From Lama guanicoe (Eukaryota): a stretch of DNA of 64,000 bases. Each line of letters begins with the position of its first letter. Positions within the stretch are counted from its first letter, which is position 1. Where the stretch lies: positions 5,093,366 through 5,157,365 of the forward strand of contig MU056050.1 in the NCBI GenBank assembly GCA_013239625.1. Direction: 5' to 3'. This document shows positions 52,032 to 64,000 of this stretch, piece by piece. The notes under the pieces are model-generated. The model had not been told where the DNA came from, made no database searches, and worked only from the letters and a program-made list of their open reading frames with translations. The position numbers were made by a program, and so were the translations under genes.

Positions 52032-54979
52032 TTTTTTTAAGTTGAAGTATAGTCAGTTGCAATATATCAATTTTCGATGCACAGCACAATGTCCCAGTTA
52101 TGCATATATATATACATGTTTTCATATTCTTTTTCATTAAAGTTTATTAAAAGATATTGAATGTAGTTCCCTGTGCTATACAGAAGTTTGATATTTCTAT
52201 TTTTATATATAGTGGCTAATATTTGCAAATCGCAAACTCCCAAATTTATCCCATCCCACCCCTTTTCCCCAGGTCACCATAAAATTGTTTACTAAGTCTG
52301 CAAGTCTTTTGTGGATGAGTTCATTAGTGTCTTCTTTTTTTCTTTTTTGGATTCCACATATGAGTGAAATTATGTGGTATTTTTCTTTCTGGCTTACTTC
52401 ACTTAAAATGACGATCTCTAGGTCCATCCCGTGTTGCTGCAAATGGCATTATTATTTTTTATGGCTGAGTAGTATTCCATTGTATAAATATACCATCTCT
52501 TCTTTATCCAGTCATTCTGTCCATGGAAATTTAGGTTGTTTCCATGTCTTGGCTGTTGTAAATAGTGCTTCTATGAACATCGGGGTGCATGTATCTTTTT
52601 GAATTAACATTCCCTCTGGATATATGCTCAGAAGTGGGATTGCTGGATCATAATGTTGATTTCTAGTTATTTGAGGAAGCTCCATACTATTTTCCCTAAT
52701 GGTTGCACCAAACTACATCCCTACCAGCAGTGTAGAAGGGTCCTCTTTTCTCCACACCCTCTCCAGCATTTATTGTTTGTGGGCTTTTGAATGATGGCCA
52801 TTCTGACTGGTGTGAGGTGATACTTCATTGTAGTTTTTATTTGCATTTCTCTGATACTTAGTGATATTGAGCATTTTTTCCTGTTTGTATTGGCCATTTT
52901 GTATGTCTTTACTGGAAAATTGCTTGTTTAGGTCTTCTGCTTATTTTGGATTGGGTTCTTTGTTTTTTTTCTTAAGTTGTATGAGCTGTTTATATATTCT
53001 GGAAATTAAACTTTTGTCAGTTGCATCATTTGCAAATATTTTCTCCCATTTTGTTTTGCTTATGGTTTCCTTTGCTGTGCAAAACTAAGTTTAGTTAGGT
53101 CCCATTTGTTTATTTTTGCTTTTATTTCTATTGCCTGGGTAGACTGCCCTAACAGAACATTGCTATGATTTATGCCAGAGAATGTTTTGCCTATCTTTTC
53201 ATCTAGGAGATTTATTGTATCTTGTCTTATGTTTAAGTCTTTAAGCCTTTTTGAGTTTATTTTTGTGTATGGTGTGAGGGAGTGTTCTAACTTCATTGAT
53301 TTCCATGCGGCTGTCCAGTTTTCCCAACACCGTGTACTGAAGAGACTGTCTTTTCTCCATTGTATATTCTTGATTCCTTTGTCAAAGATTAATTGACCAA
53401 AAGTCTGTAGATTTATTTCTAGGTTCTCTATTCTGTTCCATTGATCCGTAAGTCTATTTTTGTTCCAGTACCACAATTGTCTGAAGTCTAGGAGTGTTAT
53501 TTCTCTGGCTTCATTCTTTTTCTTCAGTATTTCTGTGGCAATTCTGGATCTTTTGTGATTCCATATAAATTTCAGGATTATTCTAGTTTTGTGAAAAATG
53601 TAATAGGTAATTTGATCTGGATTACAAATTGCCTTAAGCAGTATGGACATTATAATAACATTGATTCTTCCAATCCAAGAGCATGGACTATCTTTCCATT
53701 TCTGTAAGTTATCTTTAATTTCCTTAATCAGTGTTTTGTAGTTCTCCATGTATAAGTCTGTCACCTCCTTGGTCAGATTTATTCCTAAGTATCATATTGT
53801 TTTGCATGCAATTTTAAAAGGGATTGTTTCTTTACTTTCTTTTCCTGCTATTTCATTGTTAGTGTAAAGAAATGCAGCTGATTTCTGTAGGCTAATCTTG
53901 TATTCTGTTACCTTGATGAATTCTTTTATCAGCTCTAGTAGTTTTTCTGTGGAGCTTTTAAGGTTTTCTATATATAGTATCATGTCATCTGCATATAGTG
54001 ACAACTTTACCTCTTCTCTTCCAATTTGGATCCCTTTTATTTCTCTCTCTTGCCTGATTGCTGTGGCTAGGACTTCTAAGACTATGTTGAATAGAAGTGG
54101 TGAGAGCTGGCATCCTTGGCATTCAGAATTTCACCACTGCGTATTAGCTGCCTGTAAGTTTGTCATAAATAGCTTTCATTATGTTTAGATATGTTCCCTT
54201 TATACCTACTTTGGTAAGAGTTTTTATCATAAATAGGTGTTGAATTTTATCAAATGCTTTTTCTGTATCTATTGATATGATCATGTGATTTTTTGTTCTC
54301 TGTTTTGTTGATGTGGTGTATCACATTGACTGATTTGCATATGTTGAACCATCCTTGTGTCCCTGGGATGAATACGACTTGATCAGCGTGTATGATCTTT
54401 TTTATGTGCTGTTAGCACAATATATTTTATGTGCTAATATATTGTTGAGGATTTTTGCATCTATGTTCATTATTGGCTGGTAATTTTCTTTTTTGGTAGT
54501 GTCTTTGGTTTTGATGGTGGCTTCATAGAATGAGTTTGGGTGTATTCCTTCCTTTTCAATCTTTTGAAAGTGCTTGAGAAGGATCCATATGAGTTGTTTG
54601 TATATTTGGCAGAATTCCCCAGTGAAGCCATATGGTCCGGGATTTTTGTTTGTAGGGAGGTTTTTTTTTTATTATTATTATTCTAGTGATTGGTCTGTTG
54701 AAGTGGCCTATTTCTTCTTGATTCAGTCTTGGTGGACGGTATGTTTACACAAACTTGTCCATTTCTTCTAGGCTGTCCAGTTTGTTTCCATAAAGTTGTT
54801 CATAATAAGCTCTTATGGTTTTTTGTATTTCTGTGGTATTGGTTGTAATTTTTCCATTTTCCTTTCTTATTTTATTTGTGTTCTCTCTTTTCTTCTTGGT
54901 GAGCCTGGCCAAAGGTTTGCCAATTTAGTTTACTCTTTCAAAAAACCAGGTCTTGGTTTGATTTTTTTGGTTTTCTTTA
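52032..54979 (-). mobile_element. 5'-truncated, relatively young L1 (about 2.9 kb)
   Basis: TSD aagatgtattttc / aagacgtattgtc (52019-52031 and 54980-54992). RT motif 'LYADDMILY' in ORF 53792-54004. Confidence 0.93.
53060..53764 (-). pseudogene. L1 ORF2p fragment (234 aa, post-RT region), non-functional
   Basis: 'ENYKTLIKEIK...PCSWIGRIN...LTPYTKINSK' is canonical ORF2p, flanked by frameshifts and lacking a 5' end. Confidence 0.9.
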
Positions 54980-57456
54980 AAGACGTATTGTCATAAAAGA
55001 ATGGGTCATGCTAACTTTGTCCAATGTTTCTGGAAATAATAATGCATCACATAAATACACAACTGTAAGTATAAAAAAGAATATGACAAAAATATATTAA
55101 TTATAAATTAGAAAATGAAACATATTGCATATCATTGTTTTGCTTTCTAGTTTGGCATTTAATTTTTTATTGTTTGAAAAATGTAGTTATTTTCAGTAAT
55201 GTGTAAGTAGTTTGAAATTAAAACTAAAAGAGGGGAAGAGTCAGTTTTAGAAGGAACCCAACTCCCTTAGGATAATTCCCAACACAGAAATACACATAAT
55301 GGGGAAATGCCACAATTAGAGAAGTAAACTTAGATGTCACTGACTTCCTGAAGCATGTGTCCAAATCTAAGACCATTCCTCAACCCGTACGTGAAAGTCT
55401 TGGTATTTGAAATTGGCAGTGTTTGTTTATGGATATCTTCTTGCTTAGCTATTTCAGTCTTTCTATTAGGGAGGAACAGATTCTAATAGTTTTCTTTTTC
55501 CTGACCCTGCCCAATCTGACCATGATTAAGTTCAACAAATAAATTGTGCTACATTAGCAGCAGCCAACTCATGAAAATCTGCTATCATTAAAAAAAAAAG
55601 TTTTAGACTGTATTAAGAGCTACAAATATGACTCTCTCATCTTTAGAAATAGAGTTGCTGGTGTAGAACATCGTTAAATGCATCTTAACAATAATTTATT
55701 ATTAACTGTCTTCTATGTAGAGTTCAAGGGGTGACCTGGAATAGTGCCTTAGAAACAAATACATAATATAGAATACTTTTATCTTCCTCTTAGTGCCAGT
55801 AACTCATTTAACTAGCACAAGAAGAATAACAGTAAGATGCAATAAATAATGAGGTCTGTTTGGTGGTTTTCCACAAAGATATGTGTGTGTACTGATTAGA
55901 ACAGAGAGAAGAAAAGGGGGTCACCTTGTTCTTAAGTTATCCATTTCCTCTGTCTTTGATTTACCAAGAAATTCCCATGTGACCTCTATGCTCTTAATCA
56001 AAGAGAAAATTTGTCTTCAGTTAATTACCAGAGCCTCTTAAGTAAAAAGACCCTTATATTTGGGTGATTTGTATTGTTTACTGCACTAGAATTTTTTTCA
56101 ACTACATTTTGAACATGTTAAGATGAAATCAGAATTTTGAGTACTAAATGAAATAGTGTGAGTTTTGTTCCTTAAATTGTTCATTGTATTAGCATTTTTA
56201 CATTTTAATGAGAAAGCAGTCAGTCACAAAGTAAAATGGCTTACCAAGGCAATCTGCATTATTTGTGAATTCCCAAGCCAAATAATCATGGGAGTTCTTT
56301 CCTACCAAGCTTTACAATGTAATTAGCATGAGACCTCCTCTGTTTCTCAGCCAATTTCACAGTCTTGGAGCAATCCAGATATGATGATAACTATTTAATA
56401 TAAATTCAAACCATTAGAGTGATGAGAGGTTTTTTTAGACATCATTGTTACCTGAAATAGCCAGAAAGAATATTGTTCTGCATGACTCCTCAAGAAAATA
56501 ACCCAGCTATTCTATAGACATTGTCTCTGAATATGACACTACTAGATAGTTGGCAATCTAATATCTGCTACCTGTGGATAGGTTAAAGAGAAAAAAATAA
56601 TATCTACTCTTAAAAATGCATCAAGTAGAATTATTTGCAAATTATAACTCTGCTTGTAGAAGAAATATTCTCCCAAAGGATAGGCCTAAGGGGAAACAGT
56701 ATATTTTACTTATGTATTCAATTGTTATAAAAGTGCTTATTAAACACTATATGATGTTATACATAGTGATAAAAGACAATTGGAAAAGAAGACATGCCAT
56801 AGAGGAAAAGAGTGAAACATACACAATTTTTTGTTGATATGTGTAATAATATAGGCATACATATTGTAAAATGGGGGAGTAAGGAATGAAGCAAATGTTT
56901 TCCCAGTCTAAATAATGACTATTATTTTACTAGATATATTGAGAATGAGGAAGCTGTTTGGCCCAAGTGAATGGAGGCAAGAAAGAGGATGGTTAATTTT
57001 ATAAAATATCAAAGAGTTTGTGATGATTGGAGCCCTGGGCAGAAATCAGTGAGAAAATCGCAGGGCATATCATATATCATGAATGACTTTATGTGTTACT
57101 GAAGACTACCTTATTCTGTACTAAGTGTGGGGCTATTGAATAATTTTAAGTACTATTAATTAAGATGAAATATGTAGTCACTGAGAATGGGCTGGAGAGA
57201 GAGAGAGAACTAGAGGCAGGGTGACTAATTAATATTCTACAGTATACATTGATATCTAGTTATAGCATTGGTGTTTGAAGGAAGACATTGATACAAGTGA
57301 TTGATGTGACGAAAATGTAGAACTGGATTTCCAGATTAGTTTGACACCTAAAAATCTGGTATGCAACCCTTCCTTTATTTGCTCCACTGGAAAAAGAAGA
57401 GCTGACTGATTAAACATTTTCTCGGGTCATCAGTACAGAACAGTCCAATCAATCTG

Positions 57457-57914
57457 TGTATTACCTCCCTATTGCTGACGTAGTGGCTTAAGCAATACAA
57501 ACTTACTGGACGCCTGAAGTTCAAAGTGAGTTCCGTGGAGCCCAAATCAGAGGTAGTACTCCTTCAGAAGGCACTAGGGTGAATCTGTTCCTTTGCTTTT
57601 CCAGATTATAGATACCTGCATTCCTTTGTTTTTGGTCTCATCACTCCAACCTTTACTTCTGTTGTACCATCTCTTTCTTTCTCTCTACTTTGATCATAAT
57701 ATCACCTTCTCTGACACTGGACCTCCTACCTCCCTCTTATAAGGACAATGCAGGATAATCTTTCCATGGCAAGATCCTTAACTTAACTTAACTTAATCAC
57801 ATCTACAATGTCACAATCTCTCTCCTGTCATGTAAGGTAACATCCATAGGTTCTGGGGATAAAGTGTATACATCTTTGACTGAGGGAGGGGAGATTATTT
57901 TTCAGCCTATCACA
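57457..57914 (-). mobile_element. MaLR solo LTR (MLT1C/D-like)
   Basis: cctccctcttataaggac...caggataatct...atgtaaggtaacat...ttcagcctatcaca, with a (CTTAA)4 expansion at ~57777. Confidence 0.8.
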
Positions 57915-59804
57915 ACTTGTCACAAAAGTTTGGAGTGTTTATGATAAAGATGATGGAGAGCGGATCAGGTCAAGGATTTACTGAGAGATTACTTGAAACT
58001 CTCCTTCCTGAGAAAATGATTATAAATCAGCAGAAGTAAACAGAGGTATCCTGGTACAATCTTACTTGCGTGTTCTAATTTTGAGGAGTGAAGATGAGGA
58101 AGGCCATGGGTCAGATAGGGAGGCTTCCACTTGAAACTATTTCACTGCTATAGTTAAGTCATCAAGACATTCAAAAGCAGTAGCATTGGAATAAGCAAGG
58201 AGAAATCTACAGTCAACTGAAATATTGTCCGGGCTCATTACTGAGACAGTGGATATCAGTGGCAAAAGTGAGACTAGACATTGTCGCTCTGTGTTAGTAT
58301 GTGATTGGCTGAAAAACAAAGAAAAAGAAATTTAAAGAATAAAAGGGAAGGAGGGAAACAGTTTCACAATGAAGGCAAACAACATCTCAAAATAGGAACA
58401 AAAAATTAATCTGTAGGAATAAAGCTTCCCTGCTGGGAATGGCTGACCATACCTCCATTTCCTTCCTGCTCTTCTCACCACGTCACTCAAACTCCTAGCT
58501 GAGTATATAAAGTGACATCAATCAGGCTCCTACTTAAGTAGGTCAGAAAGAATTGAAGGCATACCTGAGGGTAACCAAAGAGAATACTTTCATCAGGCTT
58601 GCAATGACCATCATGGTTTCTGTGACAATTAATTGTCATGTAAAACGAGGAACAAAATATAAACTCTAAACCTCATGTGAAAACATATATGCAGAACAGA
58701 TTTACTACCATAAACAAAAGAATAGTTTATGTATCATCTGTGTTGTGAGACCAATTGTTTTTTCTTTTAACTAACTTTTTAAAAGGAACAATCCCCTTTT
58801 CTGGACTATACCCCATCCCCAATTAAGTGGGGTCCAAGATGTTTTTGTGTTATCAGATGACTATGCTTACCCTATTTACACCAAAATAGTGCAAGTGTGG
58901 ACTCCTCACTGAATCTAGAACAAAAAGAGCCATTTCCAGTTTCTTCCAAAGTGGAAGTAAGAAAGGGAGTGAGCCCTACCTATTCCAGTAGTGGAAGCCC
59001 CAAAATTTCCACTTGGTAGCTGAGGAGAGAGAGAAACAGCAGGAATTTCTGACTCTGTTCAAGCCCTGAATTGGAGTCTGTGGAGGATCAGTTACATTCC
59101 TGGACTGTCAAACTTCTTATTCTGTCCATCCAAGGAGTCTATGAGTAAAATCAATAAATGGACCATTTTACCCAATATAGTTTTAAATCGACTTCTTCCA
59201 CATAAAAGCAAAAGAACCTTCACTCACATAATGCAATTGTTAATAAAGTAAATTTATGGAACAGTAGAATAACATTCTCAAAGTAATTCCAGAAAATAAA
59301 TTGAAATTATAATTAGAGAATTAAATTTGCATCAATCTCAGTATTAAAATAGTGACATAAAGTACAAGCTTTAAAGACTTACATAAAATGCAAACGAATA
59401 AGGCAAATAGAGAAATAGCGTGAGAAAGATGTGAATAACAGAAGACAGATATCAGAAACAGCAATGAAGCTTCCAAAGAGGAAAATTCTCATAGGCTGAA
59501 GAGGTGAGGGAATGTATGCTAATTCTGTCAATATATAGTTAAACAATGAACTAATTAAAGTCTTCACAGAGATGAAGAGAACCCTTGTAAGCTGAAGTTA
59601 TAGGATTTGGCCAAAGCAACAGGTAAAGCATATTAATATCTTTGAAATCATTTTAATATTAAACTAGAATAACTGTAAATCAATATGCACTTAATTATAT
59701 AAGAAAATAAAAGATAACAAAAGCAGAACTAAGTAGTATAAAATATTAAAAGGCATAATTAATGTAGAAAAAAGGGAAATTAGAGTATATTAATAAATGC
59801 AAGA

Positions 59805-60906
59805 ACCATAAGCAAACAAAATGACAACCTATGGAATGAGAAAAAATATTTGCAAAGTATGAGACTGACAAGGGCTTAATTTCCAGACTATATAAACAGC
59901 TCATACAACTTAATAAGAAAACAAGAAACAGATCAATCCCAAAGTGGACGAAAGACCTAAAGAAGCATTTCTCCAGTGAAGACATATGAATAGCCAATAG
60001 ACATACAAAAAAATGCTCAATATCACTAATTATCAGAGAAATTCAAATCAAAACTACAATGAGGTATCACCTCACACCAGTCAGAATGGCCATCATTCAA
60101 AAGCCCACAAATGATAAATGCTGGAGAGGCTGTGGAGAAAAGGGAACCCTCTTACACTGCTGGTGGGAATGTAGTTTGGTGCAGCCGTTATGGAAAACAC
60201 TATGGAGAGTCCTCAAAAGACTAAACATAGACTTACCATGTGATCCAGCAATCCCACTTCTGGACATATATCCAGAGGGAACCTTAAGTCAAACAAACAG
60301 ATACATGAACCCCAATGTTCACAGCAACACTATTTGCAATAGCGAAGACATGGAAACAACCTAAATGTCCATCGACAGATGACTGGACAAAGAAAATGTG
60401 GTATATTTATACAATGGAATACTGCTCTGCCATAAAAAGAATAAAATAATACCATTTACAACAACATGAGTGGACCTGAAGATTGTCATTCTAAGTGATG
60501 TAAGCCACAAAGAGAAAGAAAAATACCAGATGATAACACACACTTAAATGCGGAATCTTAAAAAAAGGCAAACGAACACATCTACAGAACAAACAGACTC
60601 ACAGACATAGAAAACAAACTTATAATTACTAGGGGCAAAGGGAAGGGATAAATTGGGAGTTTGATATTTGCAAATACTAACTAATATATATAAAATAGAT
60701 AAACAGCAAGTTCATATTGTATAACACAGGGGACTATATTCAATATCTTGTAGTAACCTGTGGTGAAAAACAATATGAAAATGAATATATGTATGTTCAT
60801 GTATGACTGAAGCATTATGCTATGTACACTAGACACAACACTGTAAACTAACTACAATAAAAATATATATACAAAATATAAATTAATTAAAAATAGAATT
60901 AAGACA
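59805..60906 (+). mobile_element. 5'-truncated young L1
   Basis: ORF 60059-60364 '[13 protein letters not shown]...[18 protein letters not shown]' (CCHC region). Exact TSD aaatgcaaga (59795-59804 and 60907-60916). Confidence 0.93.
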
Positions 60907-60982
60907 AAATGCAAGAGATATATCTTATTGTTTCATCTGAAAACAGTAAAACTGAAAACAAATAAAATCCTAACATTAATGG

Positions 60983-61295
60983 GTCCTTGAGGGTATTATG
61001 TTAGTTGAAACAAGTCCGACCAAAAAAGAAAAATGCAGTGCGATTTCACTCATATGTGGAATATGAAAAGCAAACAAAAATAAAATAAGTGAACAAACCA
61101 AACATGTAGACATAGAGAAAAGAGTAGTGGTTACCAGAGGGGAAGGGGTCAGGGAGTAAAGGGGGTCAACTGTGATGATGGATGAAAACGAAGTTTTTTG
61201 GTGGTAAGCAAGAAGCAGAAATATAATGTTGCATATATGAAACTTACATACTATTGTAAACCAATGTTACCTCAGTTTAAAAAAAACTTTAAAAA
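60983..61295 (+). mobile_element. L1 3'UTR fragment
   Basis: ccttgagggtattatgttagttgaaacaagtc...ccaatgttacctcagtttaaaaaaa. Confidence 0.8.
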
Positions 61296-62228
61296 GTGGA
61301 GAAAGCCTAAATATTAAACAAAATGGCTATGAAATCAAGCAAAACAGACATAGCATTTTTTCAGAAGAATAAGTTAATGACATATGCAAAAAAAAACCTA
61401 AAATATATTTTGACAATTCCCCGGGACAATGTAAATAGGCAAAAAAGTAGAAAACCTAAATAAACCAATGACCTAGACTGTTTGTTTTAAATATGACAAA
61501 ATTACTTTCAAATAGGTTTGACAAATTTTTTAAAGTTTCAAAAGAACAGATTCTTCATTTCATTTTAATTTGCTATATTGGAGAAATATTTCCAAAATAT
61601 TGTATAAACCTACCCTAACAATAAAATTTTGTAATGCTCACTCAAAAAATGTTAATTTCAGAACAATCTCAAATTATAAATGCCAAACTCTTAAAGTAAG
61701 CCTCAGTAAAATAAATATTGCTATAAATGGAAAGAAATATTACAACATAGACTAGTAAAAATTGTGTTAAAATATTATTATATAATACAATCCTTCACTT
61801 CATTAGATCAAGGAAGAAAAGACAAAAATAACCCATTAATATTCTGAAAAGGCATTTGATGAAAACAGCACCTTTTCCTCATTTAGAAAATGTCTTAAAT
61901 AGTAAACTAAGAATAAAAAAGGTTTTTACTAGATTAAAACAGTACTTAATCTAGTGCAAATAAAAGGATCTATTTAATTGTCTTCATTACTTATTATGTT
62001 CTTTGTATTTTCACCATGTGCAATAACATTAGATGCTTAGTTCAAGATAGTGGCTTGAGCATACACTGTCTCTAAAATCCTTTGTAATAATGAGCTATGA
62101 GAAATTAATGTTTTGGTAACAGCAGTATAGCACTAGGAATATTATCAGCAGACTAGGAATTGTGAAGATTTTCTCAAAAATATATTAATCAGAAAATGTT
62201 AGACTGAAAAAGAAACAAATGTCAAAAA

Positions 62229-62275
62229 CGTGTGTGTGTGTATATATATATACACACGCACGCACACATATACAC
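62229..62275. repeat. Compound (TG)n(TA)n(CA)n microsatellite
   Basis: Alternating purine-pyrimidine run, directly visible. Confidence 0.9.
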
Positions 62276-62299
62276 AGAATTTTACACATTTTACACTAA

Positions 62300-64000
62300 A
62301 GACATGCATAGTCAATTTTGTTAAATAACATCAGTGAAAATAGCAACTTACGGAAATCCAAAAGTCTATCCTTCCACAAAAGTAATAAATAGATAAAACT
62401 ATCAAACATTTTTGGAAGTGTGGAATCTAACCCAAAACTTAACAGCAACCAGGGATCTCTTAATCAAGAAAATATAGGTGAATCTTAGTAAAAGAGCTTC
62501 ATGGTATTTTGACTTACCCTGGTAACCTTTCTCAGCTTCTGTTTGACAGTGGCTTGAAGACAATAACTGGCATTACCAGTACAGCTATGTTAAACCAGAG
62601 AGAGCAAAATGGACCTTAGTCTCAAAAAAAAAAGTGTTTGTTGTTTTGGACCCATCTTGTGGGTTGCTAAAGGACTGTATCAAAAGACTTGTCTTTATTT
62701 TGCCTTACTTGGAACTTTCTAAAGGCTAAGGAAGCTACCAAGGGGGAGGGGACATTTGTGGGAAATATTTAAAAACAGATGTATTAACTGCTACTTATTG
62801 AGTGAACTAGTACCAGTTGGGGGAAAAAATAGTCGAACCAAAATCTTAAGAGAAAGGCTAGAGAATGAGATGCTTTGGGAAATGAGGACTTTGAAAAAGT
62901 TACACATATTCCTAGAAATCTAGAAGGTCATGTGCATGCCAAGGGCTGGGTGCATGTTCATAAAAATATGAAAAGGTTCTAAGCTCCTACTTATTGCTAA
63001 ATGTCAGGGTTTGTGCAAATAAGAATTGAAGGTTAAGGCAGAATTGTAAACTCCTTGCTGTGCACTGAAGGTATGTCCCAACACTCATGTAGAGCCAAGC
63101 TGTAAAGACTGGTAGATTGTCTGGGTTCCAGACATTTAGAAAATCTCTATTCAGTAACTAGCTAACTGCTAAATTAATGGAACTGAGACTTCAGTAATGA
63201 CATTAAAAATAATGTAGAATTTATGAAATTTGTTCTTAAAATCCCTAAACAAAACAAAACAGTACAAAACAATCATCAACAACAAACTCAGGGAAGGAAG
63301 AAAAATCTGATTTCCAGAGTTGCACATTGTAATATTCAAAATACACAGTTTTTAACCAAAATAAAACTACTGCACGATTTCAGTTATATGAGGTATCTAA
63401 AGTAGTTAAATCCATAGAAACAGAAAGTAGAATGGTATATACCAGGGTCTGGGGGAGTGGGGGAGGGAAGGAGACTTGTTTAATGGGAATACAATTTCAG
63501 ATTTGCAAGATGGAAATTTTCTGACGATCTGTTCCACAACAATGTGAACAGGCATAATACTCCTGAACTCTACATTTAAAAATGGCTAAGATAGTAAATT
63601 TTATGTGCTTTTCACCACAGTAAAAAAAAATCTAATCTTTATTAAGGAGCTATAAAAAGAACAAATTAAACACAAAGCAGGCAGAAGGACAGAAATGAAA
63701 ATGACTAGCGTATAGATAAACCAAATAAAAACAATGGAGATAATCAACAAAACCAAGGTTAGTTCTTTGATAAGATCACCACATTGGCAAACCATTAGAT
63801 AAAGTGAAGAAGAAAAATTGAGAAGTGTTAAATTACTAAAATTAGGACTGAAAGTAGGGACATTACTGACAGTAAGAAATAAAAGGGATTAAAAGAGAAC
63901 ACTATGAATATTTGTATGCTGGCATATAGATAATGTAGACCAAAAGGACAAAGTTCTTTAAATGGGAAAAGTACCAAAACTGACTCAAAAATAAATAGAA
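62300..64000 (+). mobile_element. Old L1 5'/ORF2 fragments with a nested L1MB-like 3' end (~63370-63625)
   Basis: atcaacaaaaccaaggttagttctttgataagatc is an ORF2 'INKTK..FF.KI'-like segment. tccatagaaacagaaagtagaatgg is a 3'UTR motif. Confidence 0.7.

Noticed and set aside
53060..53764. Longest ORF (234 aa) as a host gene or novel reverse-transcriptase system
   Set aside because: It is plain L1 ORF2p inside a 5'-truncated, frameshifted L1 with a TSD.
56290..56400. 'IAPRL*NWLRNRGG' resembling a Bcl-2 BH2 motif
   Set aside because: It lacks the terminal Trp, the frame has several stops, and no BH1 motif is nearby.
1..64000. CRISPR array, operon or other prokaryotic-type system
   Set aside because: No regularly spaced repeat-spacer array or dense ORF cluster is present. 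The sequence is mammalian repeat-rich DNA.

Overview
This is AT-rich, CpG-depleted mammalian DNA, very probably from a camelid, because it contains a vic-1-type tRNA-derived SINE at 11172-11278. It looks like intronic or intergenic sequence dominated by transposable-element debris. That debris includes many L1 copies (one near full length with target-site duplications, TSDs), an ERV1 provirus remnant with a tRNA-His-like primer-binding site, ERV1 and MaLR solo LTRs, hAT and Tigger DNA-transposon relics, and L2 and MIR. I cannot support any intact protein-coding gene, RNA gene, CpG-island promoter or prokaryotic-type system. The recognisable ORFs in the track are broken L1 ORF1/ORF2 pieces. The best directly visible oddities are an exact 69-bp copy of an LTR interior 854 bp downstream, a tail-less L1 endonuclease fragment inside an LTR, an internally deleted L1 keeping both ends and its TSD, and extra sequence inside the TSD of the long L1. 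The repeat-free islands contain exon-like segments on both strands that might be a decayed multi-exon gene or lncRNA, but I could not identify a protein and treat this as a hypothesis. Repeat family names come from recalled consensus similarity, not a database search, and boundaries without a TSD are approximate.
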